Origin: Octopus vulgaris
Taxonomy: Eukaryota
Direction of reading: 5' to 3'
Length of the DNA stretch: 64,000 nt
NCBI GenBank assembly: GCA_951406725.2
Contig: OX597832.1
Location: 27,032,001 to 27,096,000 of the forward strand
The translations under genes were made by a program, and so were the position numbers. Of the stretch, positions 28,061-40,770 are shown one piece after another (position 1 is the first letter of the stretch; every line of letters starts with the position of its first letter). The notes beneath the pieces were generated by a model. That model saw only the letters and a program-made list of their open reading frames with translations. It was not told the DNA's origin and made no database searches.

Positions 28061-29429
28061 AGTGATAGAAAAAGAAAGTATGGAGAAAGAGTTTGTCAGT
28101 AGGAAATGGATAGAATGAAAGAGAGAGAGAGAGAGAGAGACAGAGAGAAGAGAGAGGAAACTCAGAAAAATAGAGACAGAATATATAGAATGATGGGTAG
28201 ACAGACAGACAGACAGACAAAGAGGAAAGAAAAAAGCCAACCTGAAAACGAAAAAAAAACTACCTCCAATTTCCATCCTACAATGAGGAGAATTGACATA
28301 AAATACTGACATGAATAGAGATGGAGAGGAAGAGATAGAAGAGAAAGGAGTGAAGAAAGAGAGTGAAAGATGAGAGAGAAGGGAAAGATAAGAGAGAAGG
28401 GGAAAATGAGAGAGAGAGAGAAACAATGGGAAGTTCAATAAGCGAGAGGTTCCAGTTCAAATCCTACTTGAGCAATTCCAAGAAAAACACAAACAAAGCT
28501 GTTATTCACACACACACACACAGACATGCACACACAGACACGCACGCACACACACACACACATTGTTATTAAACAATGATATGCACTGTATGCAAAACAT
28601 TGAGTGATCCTTCAGGTTAATGTGTGTGTGTGTGTGTTCAGTGAAGACTCCCTGCTAAATCTGACAGGAAACTCCACCACTGCTAGTCGTAACAGTGGAC
28701 CTGACCCTGTCATTAACACCTAAGGAGGCTGTCCAATTTGCTGCCGACTCCAGCATGGCCATTCACTTCCAGCGATGGGAACAGGGACTAAGATAAACCA
28801 GTGTCACGTGGTCCCTTCCTTTCTTTCCCCCATCTCTGCAGACTCACAAATCCTGCAAACCTCAATGGATGCTGTCCCTCTTCGTTTGACTAATAAAAAA
28901 AACTTGAGAAAAAAAGGTGGATTAGAATGCAAAGGGGCCAAGGGGGTCAAAGAAAACACACACAGACACATATACAGATACATACACACATGCGCGCACA
29001 CATACATATACAAAGTTAATCCAATATATATATATATATATATATATTGGATTAACTTTATATATGTATGTATATATATGTATATGTATGTGTGCATGTA
29101 TATGCACACACACGCACAGATATACATACACAGTCACAAACACATATGGTCAGCTGAGCTGCCTGCTCATTTAATTAACATGTAGATGGTTGAGTATCCC
29201 ACAGTGACATGTACTCTTAACACAACCCCCAGGCAGAATCAGTGTGACACAACTAATAACAAGACTGACCCTTCGAATAATTAATACAATCAATCTGAAG
29301 GGATTCTATAGCTTCTAATTACCAAATTTCCCTCAAGGCTATATATCATCATCATCATCATTTAACATCCATATTCAATGCTGGTATGGGTAACAAACAC
29401 ACACACCTAATCATTACAAGCAAGGATAA

Positions 29430-29651
29430 CCCTTTCGTTACCAACCCGGCTGAAACTGGCTCTGGCTCTGAGTACAAATGTTTTGTTTTCATAAGTTTTG
29501 AATTAAAATCTTCCACCAAACCTTAGTCACAATTTATGTTCCTAACACTAGCTGAATGGTAACCAAGTTATTTTTACTAAATTCTTTGTTATATTTAAAA
29601 TTAATTGAAAGAAACACAGAGCATCTCAAAATAAATATAGTAATGAAAGGG
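29430..29651. mobile_element. piggyBac-type MITE family 1 (second copy 55388-55606)
   Basis: CCCTTTCGTTAC...GTAATGAAAGGG termini at TTAA-like sites; the two copies are near-identical. Confidence 0.8.
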
Positions 29652-29669
29652 TTAAACATTCTTGACAAA

Positions 29670-30225
29670 ATCTCTCCACAATTCCCAATTTTTCGTTGCT
29701 CCTGGCAACTGCTCCTTATTAAAGTTTGCATTGTCTAAGAGTTGATCGATGACTGTTCACGCAGGTCTTCCTCTCCTGTGTCTCCTGCGAGTTGGTTCCC
29801 ACAATAGTAAGCTTGTCTATAACTTCCTGCTTACTCCTCCGGCAATGTCTGGCAAATTGAAACTGCCTTGGAGCAACCGAAGTTGTTATTTTGAGAAAAT
29901 TTCTTCATAAATAACAAATCTCTGTAAACATTCATTTCTAATACGTTGACACCAGTTCATGTTTTGTACAACCCCTAAGCATTTTAGGGTCAGTACATTC
30001 TAGTTTCTTCTCAAGTGTTTGTGTCAGGACCCATGTACTTGGTCCCTACAACAACACTGATTCAAGGGATATTCCGATAAATGATATTTTGATTTTTCTG
30101 AGTGGATCTGACTTCCATATCACGCTTTGGTAATTCTTATGCCAATGTCGTTTTTTGAAGAACTGCCCTAAAACAGAAAATCATCAACTCAATCTAGTAG
30201 TCAACCATCCAGTGTGACGGCATAA
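29670..30225 (-). mobile_element. Degenerate RTE-like LINE fragment
   Basis: Broken minus frames read ESVLL*GPSTWVLTQTLEKKL...KMLR and FARHCRRSKQE. Confidence 0.6.
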
Positions 30226-30292
30226 TCATGTGTGTGCAAATATATACATACATATATATATAATCATCTGTGTGTGTGTATATATATATATT

Positions 30293-32105
30293 CTTTTATT
30301 TGTTCCAGTCATTTTACAGCGGCTATGCTGGAGCACTGCCTTTAGTCGAGCAAATCGACCCCAGGACATTGTCTGTAAGCCCAGTACTTATTCTATCGGT
30401 CTCTGTTGCCGAACCACTAAGTTACGGGAACATAAACAACCAGCATCTGTTGTCAAGCGATGTTGGGGGGGGGCAAACACTGGCACACAAATATATACAT
30501 ATGTATTTATATATATATATATATATATATATCATCATCATCATCATCATCATCATCGTTTAACGTCCGCTTTCCGCACTAGCACAGGTTGGACGGTTTG
30601 ACCGGGTCTGGGAAGCCAGGGCCGCACCAGGCTCCAGTCTGAATCTGGCAGAGTTTCTACGGCTGGATGCCCTTCCTAACGCCAACCACTCCGTGAGTGG
30701 ATTAGGTGCTTTTACGTGCCACCTGCACAGGGGCCGGAGGGTCCGGCATCGTCACGATCGGTTCGAGCATTTTAACGTGTCAGCGGCACGGGGGCAACGA
30801 GGTCCGGGGTACTTTGGGGATCGGGGTACTTTGGGGATCCAGGGTACTTTGTGGATCCGGGGTACTTAGAATGGGTAGGGGGTATGTGGAATTGCTGCAG
30901 AAAGCAGCCCGGGTCTTTGTAGTCACAGCATATCTCCAGAGATCTCGGTCCTTCGCCATTGCCTCAGTGAGGCCCAATGCTCTGAGGTCATGCTTGACCA
31001 CCTCATCCCATGTCTTCCTGGGTCTACCTCTCCCCCTGATACCTTCAACTGTTTGGGAGTGGCACTTCTTCACACATCTCTCTTCATCCATCCGCAGCAC
31101 ATGACCATACCATCGCAAGCGTCGCTCTTGCACACCACATCTGATGCTTCTTATATCCAGCATTTCTCTCAGGATACTTACACTCTGTTTTGCGTGCACA
31201 CTGACACTACACATCCAGCGGATCATGCTAGCTTCATTTCTTTCAAGTCTACGCATGTCTTCTGCAGTCACAGCCCATGTTTCATTACCGTGAAGCATGG
31301 CAGTTCGCACACATGCATCATACAATCTACCTTTTGCTCTGAGGGAGAGACCTTTTGTTGCCAGTAGGGGTAGGAGCTTTCTGAACTTTGCCCAGGCTAT
31401 TCGTATTCTAGTGGTGATACTCTCTGTGCATCCACCTCCGCTACTAACTTGGTCTCCCAGGTAGCGGAAACTATCAACTACTTCTAGTTTCTCTCCCTGG
31501 AGTGTGATGGAATCTGTTTTCTGAGTGTCTGTTGTGTCTATTGTCCCTGTGCATCTGCCGCACATGAAAGCTATCTTATCTGTTAATTTCCCTTTAATGT
31601 TGCTGCACCTCTTATGTGTCCATAACTTACATTGGGTGCATCTTATGGAGTTTCTACCTGTACCTTTCCTACAGGTTGAGCAGGGCCACCTACCCGAGGG
31701 GATGTGTGCTGAGTACCTCTTGCTGCTTACTAATACTTTGGTCTTTGCTACATTTATTCTAAGGCCCTTTGATTCCAACCCTTGCTTCCACACCCGAAAT
31801 TTCTCTTCTAGTTCCGGTAGTGATTCTGCTATGAGGATTATTTGAGGGAATATTAATCCAAACTTACAGGGAAAAAAATTCAATTTAGAAATACTAAATC
31901 AAATTTCATACAATATAATATATATATATATATCTATACATACGACGGGCTTCTTTCAGTTTCTGTCTACCGAATCCACTCACAAGGCTTTAGTAGGCCC
32001 GAGGCTATAGAAGAAGACACTTGCTCAAGGTGCCATGCAGTGGCACTGAACCCAGATCCATGTGGTTGGTAAGCAAGCTACTTACCATGCAGTCACTCTT
32101 GCATC
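30293..32105 (-). mobile_element. SINE family 1 copy split by the RTE insertion (3' half ~30293-30530, 5' half ~31920-32105)
   Basis: The two halves are collinear with intact copies and the break lies in the central (TA)n. Confidence 0.8.
30531..31836 (-). mobile_element. 5'-truncated RTE-clade LINE (RT C-terminal part, 3' UTR, (GAT)n tail)
   Basis: Open frame with GLRINVAKTK, EVVDSFRYLG, RRLRWYGHVLRM, GRGRPRKTW; (CAT)n tail on +; splits a SINE. Confidence 0.95.
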
Positions 32106-32109
32106 TATC

Positions 32110-32193
32110 AAAAAATATGGAATGCTTCACGAATTTGCATATCATCCTTGCGCAGAGGCCATGCTAATCTTCTCTGTGTCATTCCAATTTTAG
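32110..32193 (-). pseudogene. U6 snRNA pseudogene (5' stem-loop missing or degenerate)
   Basis: Minus strand reads CTAAAATTGGAATGACACAGAGAAGATTAGCATGGCCTCTGCGCAAGGATGATATGCAAATTCGTGAAGCATTCCATATTTTTT; about 6 substitutions from the recalled U6 consensus, several CpG-type; ACAGAGA box intact. Confidence 0.93.
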
Positions 32194-32929
32194 AATAATT
32201 TTATACAAGATGCCAAGCAATGGAATCAAACAGTTACCAATCGAATAATTCCAATCACTTGGTCATGCTTACAAAACACAAGCACACACAGACATCACAG
32301 TTGGTTGATCAACAGAACTGACAGTGCTGGGTTCATTCATTCATTTTTTTTTTGCTGACATATGTTAGGCGGGCCACTAAGTGTGGCCCTATGAGTCATA
32401 ACCTGTCTATCAATCCATTTATGAAATATCAACATTTACACACTTGACCTACAAGATTTTTCTCAAACATACCTTCTTCCCAAGCCTACCTTTCTCTACT
32501 TAACAGCAAGTAATTTCTACTACCAACCCATGGCCTATTTTAACCTGATTCTAATCTTCCCTTTATTAAAGATCTCTGTAATAACACACTTATTTAACCT
32601 CTGCATACGAACATGTAGCTTTCGTGTCCTCGCATCTCATTACATTCAAACTTTGTCTCAAGTTAAACATTGCAGATTCAACAACTTAAAACGATTTACT
32701 TGTCAATTCCTGTACAACCTCTTACAGTGACAGTCCATGTTCCACTGGATGTGGTGTATGTCTAAGATGTGTGATAATGCAGCGTATGATAGTGAAACAT
32801 GGATAATGAATGTAGAGTTATTTCTATAGATTTTCCACAGCAATTAGATCCAATACTGAACGTTACAGTTCATATAGGAATATGTTTATGTAAACAATGT
32901 GATAAAAGATAGAAAAAATAGGAACAGAT

Positions 32930-32970
32930 GTATATGCACATTTCAGGAGTTTTTGCTCTCTCATCAGTAC
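32930..32970 (-). ncRNA. Degenerate canonical hammerhead motif of an older PLE-like copy
   Basis: GTA-CTGATGA-GAGAG-CAAAAA-CTCCT-GAAA-TGTGCA-TA-TAC; stem II imperfect; helix III could be CpG-decayed CGCGCG. Confidence 0.45.
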
Positions 32971-34920
32971 CACATTCACTCCAATAACCACCCATGAACA
33001 CACTGCTTAAATAGTTACCAAATACAGAAGTGTAACACAATTGGATATATCAGTTTTACATAATAAACACATGTCTGGCAATTAGTATGTAGATATTAAT
33101 AGCGAAAATAGAAGACTAAAGAGGATGGGTAAGATGTGTGGCGACTTAGATAGTGAAATGTGGACAAGGTCATTTCAAAATTCGTCCTCAATTAAACATC
33201 ATACGTCCAACTGATTATAATTAATGTATTACTATGAATTCTACATCCAGGACTTGAATTGTATTTCAAACGCTTGCCAGCTGGCAGTATTTCCAAACAC
33301 ACAACAGACAACTTGATATTCTGTCTCCTCAAATGAAACACTATAAACTGCTTCTGCTATTTGAAAATTAGCAATTAATTCATTAATTAGATTCACAAGT
33401 TTTATGTCTCACAGAAAGCAATGAACTTATGCAGAACATTTTGATATATTGTAATATCGAATATAGCAACAAGAAACAGAGATGCAGGAACCTGTGAAGG
33501 TTTGTGCCGGCCAAAAAGTACAGGAATTTTGTGACGAGGAATAAGTTAGTTTGTATCAAGGAAGAGGAGAAATCTTATGGTAGGGGCCGAATTCTTCATT
33601 AAGGAGAACAAATAATTGGTACCAATTACAGAGCCATGTATCTTCACTGAAGAGGAGAGAGAAAGAATTGGTCAGTGTTGCTGTTATTGTATGAAGTATA
33701 GTGGTAGGTTAGTGAAATTACCTATGTTGCTAGTGCTAAGTGACTGACTATCTTTCAAAGATATAATGCACAATAACCTATCTTGCTAGTGTAAAATGAC
33801 TGACTAATTAATTATATAGTGGCGATATATGATAACCTATCTTACTTGTGTTAAGTCATCATCATCATCATCATCATCATCATTTAATGTCCGTTTTCTG
33901 TGCTAGCACGGGTTGGACGGTTCAACCGGGGTCTGGGAAGCCAGGGGGCTGCACCAGGCTCCAGTCTGATCTGGCAGTGTTTCTACAGCTGGATGCCCTT
34001 CCTAACGCCAACCACTCCATGAGTGTAGTGGGTGCTTTTTACGTGCCAGGGGAGGCTGGCAGCAGCCACGATCGGTTGGTGCTCTTTACGTGCCACCAGC
34101 ACAGAAGCCAGTCAAGGTGATGCTGGCATCGGCCACGTTCGGATGGTGCTTTTTACATGCCACCGGCACAGGTATCACAACTACAATTTCCATTTGATAT
34201 TCATTTGTTAAGGGATTGATCAAATATCAGGTGTGGAGATAGAATAACATTAAAATGTCCTGGGTAAGACTCTAAACTGCATCTGGTCATGGGGCCTTGG
34301 TACAACAGTTCCAGGGTTTTGGGGAGGGTGGAACCACCTCTTGGCCATTATTGTCCCCAAGTCTACTCTGACCCAGAATAGTAGCATCTGTTAGGGCACC
34401 GGCTATGGGTTAAGTAGGGTAGCATGCGTACCACCCGCTTCACACCCAGGCTACATCTGCTGCCACAATCAGTGGTGACTTGGTCAGTGAATCCTTTGTG
34501 GTGGCCAGCAACTGATGGCATGAGCTCTTGTGAATCACATTGTCCCAAATGTGACCAGGGACCATGCATGAACTTGTATTCACACTGAAACTCTAAACAT
34601 GAACTCTACACCTCAACAACGAATGACGACTACTGCTATGGCACCTGTGGCATCCATTATGATTGCTGTCTCGGTGGAGCATTTGTCAAATTTACAAGCT
34701 GGATATTTAAGCTGCAGGCAGAAAGAAGCATTACTTTGCCTGCTGGAGTATTAGAGTCAACCATTTGGATGTGGTCAGCCTCCATGAGGGACGTGATGAA
34801 CTCATTGGTCAAAGCTGGCTCAACTTACCACAAGTGAATGCCACCACAAGTACAAGTATAAAAATAACTGAAACAATTTATAAATTCATTATTTACATTT
34901 GACGGATATTTGTTCTTATC

Positions 34921-35199
34921 TTCTGTTGTGTCTAGGGAGAGTCATTTTCTTTTTGTGCCTTATAATATAACAAACTCACAGGTAAAATTTCCACCGTTTT
35001 CTTATTTTTATTTTCCTAAAATTTTCGTTGCGTCTTGCAACCTTAGGATAATAAAAATAAGAAAAAAGTGGAAATTTTACCGGTGAGTGTGTTTGATTAT
35101 AAGGCACAAAAAGAAAATGATTCTCCACAGACACAACAGAATATGCTTCAACACACAAACTCATATAAAGAATCTTGCAAACCAAATCCAAAAACGAAA
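34921..35199 (+). mobile_element. Penelope-like family B copy 1 (inverted arm + tail) nested in family A
   Basis: Arms about 34921-35020 and 35044-35141; degenerate TSD TGTTCTTATC/TGTCCTCATC at 34911-34920 and 35200-35209. Confidence 0.75.
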
Positions 35200-35222
35200 T
35201 GTCCTCATCTTGTTTGTTGTTA

Positions 35223-35266
35223 ACACAACGTTTCGGCTGATATACCCTCCAGCCTTCATCAGGTGT
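35223..35266 (-). ncRNA. Minimal type-I hammerhead ribozyme motif, canonical C3-G8 core
   Basis: ACAC-CTGATGA-A-GGCTG-GAGGGTATAT-CAGCC-GAAA-CG-TT-GTGT; 4-bp stem I, 5-bp stem II, palindromic AACGTT helix III, GUU cleavage triplet. Confidence 0.85.
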
Positions 35267-38200
35267 CTTGGGGAAATTTCAAACCTGGGTTCTCATTCCT
35301 AAGGCATATATCCATCAAATGTAAACAATGTAAATAATGTACATAATTCCTCATCTCTTAAATATAGAACTGAATTTATAAATTTCCATTTATTAAAGCT
35401 GGAATACTATAGATGCTGTGTTAGTATAGTTGACGACATAGAAGATATCAGGTTCATGACCTGTCACTGTCTCAAATCAAAGCTTAAATTGTCCAATATC
35501 ATCAATCACTGATCTCGTTTTGCTGTAACGAAGACTCCTCACAGCAACAAGCATTGAGCTTCTAGAAATAGCAGCCAAATCTGCCTCAAATTACTGAAAA
35601 GACATGCCGGATAATGTTGCCTTCGATATACTTACATCTAGGGGCCTTTGTTTACTCTGGGTTGACCTGGGATTAAACCATAACAAAAAAAAACCCTAGA
35701 GAGAAGGGGAGAGGGAAAGAGAAACAGGGGAGATTCTTTCTTAGCAGTGAAGTAGTAGTAGTTCTGTTGTATTGCTGAAGACTGGGTTTTTGGATGCTGC
35801 TGCTAATGATTTGAATTCTGCCAAAAATTCAGTGTCGCCTTTCAACAATAGCGAGTCAAAAGTAAGAACTAGTTCTTACATGCTAGACCATGCGTATGAG
35901 AGGTGTCAATTGTCTTAACTGCCGTAGTGGTAGCAGTGGTAGGGGAAGCAGCAGCAGCAGGAGCAGCGGTAGCAGCAGCAGCTGTAGTAAATAGTGAAAA
36001 TGTGTGGCGATCGTTATCGTTGATTGAGTTGGAGATCCCGTTTCCTCGTTCTATCTCGGGAAGAGAAGCCGTGTAAAAGCAGCACCCACCACCCACCACC
36101 ACCTACCACCGCCATCGACCCATCGCCTCTCCATTCTCCCCCACCCCACACGACACACAGCATCAATTAAGTAAGACATTTGACACGAACATTTTTCGTT
36201 GCCACCACCACCACCACGTTCATCACCATCACCGCCACTACCATTACTGCCGCCGCCGCCACCACCACTACCAATACTTCTTCCACTACTTCCACCATCT
36301 CCACCATCATCACTATCACCGTCACCACCACCACCACCACCACCACCACCATCACCGCCACTACCATCACTGCCGCGCCACCAATACTTCTTCCACTACT
36401 TCCACCATCTCCACCATCATCACTATCACCGTCACCACCACCACCACTGCCACTACATTGCTGTCTCTGATCCTCCTCACAAAACTCCCCGAAATCTGCA
36501 ATCATTAATGATGTTGCTCTCTTCAGCAGCTGTTAGAGAGAAGAGCAAGAGAGAGAGAGAGAGAGAGAAAGGAGAGAGAGAAAAGGGGAGAGTGTGGAGG
36601 GGGAGAAAGAGAGAGAGAAGAAAATCTGTATGTGTAAAACTTATAAAATATAATCTTTTCAAAAATCTATTATTGCATGTGCGCATGTGAATGTGTGCAC
36701 ATGCATGAACACACGCACGCACGTGCATGCACACACACACACACAAATGAACGTACACATACATATAAAGGTTGATAAATTCAACATAAACAAAGTCAGT
36801 ACTCTGAGCTTTTCACTGAGGAATACTCTCAGAAATTCAATTTGAATCATCATCATTCAATGTTTGTTCTCCATGCTGGCATGGTTGGACGGTTTCTATG
36901 GCAGGATGCTTTTCATAATGTCAACCATTTTACAGGGTGTACTGAGTGCTTTCTTCATGGCACTAACACAGGCTTTAAAGTCTCTACTGCCAAACTGCTA
37001 GGTTATGGGGACATAAACAAACCAACACCATTTTGTCAAGCAGTGGTGGGGGACAAACACAAAAAACACACACATAGATATATTTATATATATATACAAC
37101 AGGCTTCATTCGGTTTCCATCTATCAAATCCACGCACAAAGATTTGGTAGGCCAGGGGCTATAGTAGAAGACACGTGCCCAAGGTGCCACGCAGTGGGAC
37201 TGAACCCAGAACCAATAGGGAAGCTTACGTCTTACCACCAAGCCATGTCTGTGCCTAAATTTGTGTGTGTATAAATATGCCCAGAGTTGTCACCATACTT
37301 AAAGATTTGTTGTTACACTCCCCACTAAATACACCCCGTTATTCAACAAACTGATTTTAATTCAAAAGTTGTCTCCCTTCCTTTCCACGACAACAATTAT
37401 CATTAACACAAACGATGTTTATTTCTATTACAGGTGCAAATTTAATTGTTTCAACAGATATTTTTTACTTCACAACATGAAACATAGTCACTCCCACCCC
37501 CTCCACCTTAAGTATACGAAAACAAACTCAAGGAGATGAGTCAGGCAAAGCTGAATATAAATAACAATGCAACGGAGCAATTTGTTAATGATGTGCTTCA
37601 CAGTTGGAGATCTGCCCATGATACAACACTACTGTCAATGAAAGAGCCAGTATGTTACCACCTGATCTACTAGAAATAGCAGCCAAACCCTGATGGTGGT
37701 AATAGATCTCTGCTGTTCAACAATGAGGATTCAGTTGTTTGATCTCATCTGAATTACCTGTTCTTTGAGTTAATGTGTAAATGGATGAGTATTCCACAGA
37801 CAATTGTTATTGCGAGCATCAATGCCCATCTTTTCCCCCTATTCGATGTGTGTAGCTATGCAGACCCCTCAGCAAGAATCTGCTCTGCTCCCCTTTCTCA
37901 TTGTAATCCCCACTTCCCTTAGCACAAATGCCGACCTCCCTTCTCCCTACCCATGGGTTCATAGTCTTGTGAATTGCATGGTGACCTCAATAGTGCTGGT
38001 GCCACACGAAAATCATTCTAGTCCTCTTAGTAAAGTGGTTGGCATTAGGAAGGGCATCCAGCCATAAAAACCATGTGGGTACAGACATTGGAGCTCAAGG
38101 ACACATGAATCCTGTCAAGCCATCCAACCCATACCAGCATGGAAGACCATGGCTGATGGTGATGGGTGATAATGATAAGTGATGATGATGATGATGGTGA

Positions 38201-38354
38201 GGATGGTGATGAGTGATGATGATGATAGTAATGGGTGATGATGATGAGTAAGGATGATGATGGTGAGTGATGATGATAATGGTGATGATGATGATAATGG
38301 TGATGATGATGACAATGATGATGGTGATGGGTGATGATGAGTGGTGATGATGAG

Positions 38355-38398
<44 letters not shown>

Positions 38399-40739
38399 TT
38401 GTACTCTTAATGTAATTCTCAGACAGAACCAATTACAGTTCCAATACATGATAAAACTAGCTTTTGAATTACAGACCGAATCCACCCGACAGGTTTCTGT
38501 ACGGGTTCCATCTACCCATTTTCACTCACAACTTATGCTATTGACAATGCAGCAAGTCCTGCGTTTCCCACCCTGCACCTTCTGACATTGTCCAAGACAA
38601 ATACTACAAAGGCTCTTACAAATGGTCACTGATGTCGTTACAGGTGAATCCAGGTGTAAAGAGCTGGAACTAATACTGCAAGATCTTTTGTCTGACTCAC
38701 CAACAATTCTACCAATCACATACACATGGACACACACACATTAAGACATGGACTGCAACACACATACATGAGTATATAATGTACACACACAGACCTATAC
38801 AAGCACACATACACACAGATGGACCAATGCACACACATGAACATACGATGTAGGCATATACACATCTGCACACATATACGCATCCACAAACACATACACA
38901 CAGATATATCCATGCACATGGAGCAACAGTCACAGACATACAAGTGCACACACAAACACACACCAATGAAATGCAAAGATCACCTAAACCTGTGATTAAA
39001 CCAGATTCGAAATGAGATTAAGTGAGGTCAGAAGTGACAACTTTATGACCTTCCACCTCTGACCTTTTTGCTCATGTCATGTCAACTGGCATCTCTTAAC
39101 TACTCTTCTGACAACTGACAGCAACACACACATGCATATCTAAACACACACGTATATACACTGGCTTGGGAACGAAATTTGCTTATTGAGTACAAACCCA
39201 GGTCCAAAAATTTTTACAAAATAAAGTCATGTTTAACGTAATCTATTTATATTCTTTGTTATTTGAGAAAAAAACCTGATTCAAGCTAGTTTTACCGACC
39301 ACTTTTTACTCGGTTTTCTAAACCTGGGATAAGTAGGGGTGCACATTTTGATTTCGCACCCTACAAAAATTTTAGTGGGTGTGCTTGCACCCTCTTTTTC
39401 CAGGCCCATTCTTTTATCCTTTTTACTTGTTTCAGTCATTTGACAGCAGCCAAGCTGGAGCACAGCCTTTAGTCGAACAAATCGACCCCAAGACTTATTT
39501 GTTGTAAGCCAACTACTTATTCTTTTCTCTCTTTTGCCAAACTGCTAAGTTACGGGGATGTAAACACACCAACATAGGTTGTCAAGGGATGGTGGGGGAC
39601 AAACACAGACACACTCCAAATATATATATATATACACACACACACATATATATACAACAGCCAAGCTTCTTTCAGTTTCCGTCTACCAAATCCACTCACA
39701 AGGCTTTGGTCGGTCGAAGGCTGTAGTTGAAGACAATTGCCCAAGGTGCCATGCAGTGGGACTGAACCCAGAATCATTTGGTTGGGAAGCAAGCTTCTTA
39801 CCACACAGCCATGACTGAGCTATTCATACATGTATATGAATGGCTTCTTTCAAATCTACTCATAAAGCTTTGGTTGGCCTAAGACTACTGTAGACAACAT
39901 TTGCCCAAGGTGCCTCACAGTGGGACAGTGGGACTGAACCTGAAACCACGTGGTTGGGAAGCCAGCTTCTTAACCCCACAGCCACGCCTCCACTTTTGTG
40001 TATGTGTGTGAAGCTATATATTGGTGTAAGAGTTTGAGCACAAGAGAATTGTGTTTGTCTCTAATGGTGATGACAAATGGCAAAGTACCCCAGTCGGGGT
40101 GGATCTAACGCTTACTAAAATGTCGCAATAGTAACAGTAGTAGCAGGAGCAGCAGCAGCAGCAGCAGCAGCGGTAATAGTAAGCAATATGACTGCACAGA
40201 TGGCCATTTGAGAAAGGTGGGAGGATGGCGGCAGCTGTGTTGAAATTGTTGGGAGAGAGAATACCAGGGAGTGTCTGTCTGCGCCAGCCCCACCACCCTC
40301 AACACCACCCACAAAATGCAATCCCCTTTAACTCTGACTGTGTGGGGTGGGAGCAGAGGGATACGAAGGAGTGGGAGTGGGAGGGAAACCATGAACCAGC
40401 CTTGACCTTGTAGTAATCCTGTTTCTCATTTCAAGGTCATATGCGGAGAGGGTAGTGAGGAAGAGGGAGAGAAAAAGAGAGAGAGAGGAAGAGGAACAAA
40501 AAATGAAAGAGTGAAACATTACACACACGCACGTGCATGCATATGCATGCACAGAGGTGCAGGCATGGCTGTGTGGTAAGAAGTTCGCTTCCCAAACATG
40601 TGGTTCTGGGTTCAGTCCCACTATGTGGTACCTTGGGCAAGTGTCTTCTACTGCAGGAGTGGATGAGTGGACTAGGTAGACAGAAACTGATACATACACA
40701 CACACACATAGAGACACACATATATACATACACACACAG

Positions 40740-40770
<31 letters not shown>

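Larger units (their letters stand above)
34887..35372 (+). mobile_element. Penelope-like insertion, family A (inverted 5' part + tail), interrupted by a family B copy
   Basis: 12-bp TSD AATTTATAAATT at 34875-34886 and 35373-35384; CATTATTTACATTTGACGGATAT is inverted relative to ATATCCATCAAATGTAAACAATG...; canonical hammerhead inside. Confidence 0.78.

Noticed and set aside
38524-38700. Minus-strand exon candidate ending at GTGAGT
   Set aside because: The donor lies in a SINE-derived CACTCACAA segment and the peptide is unrecognisable
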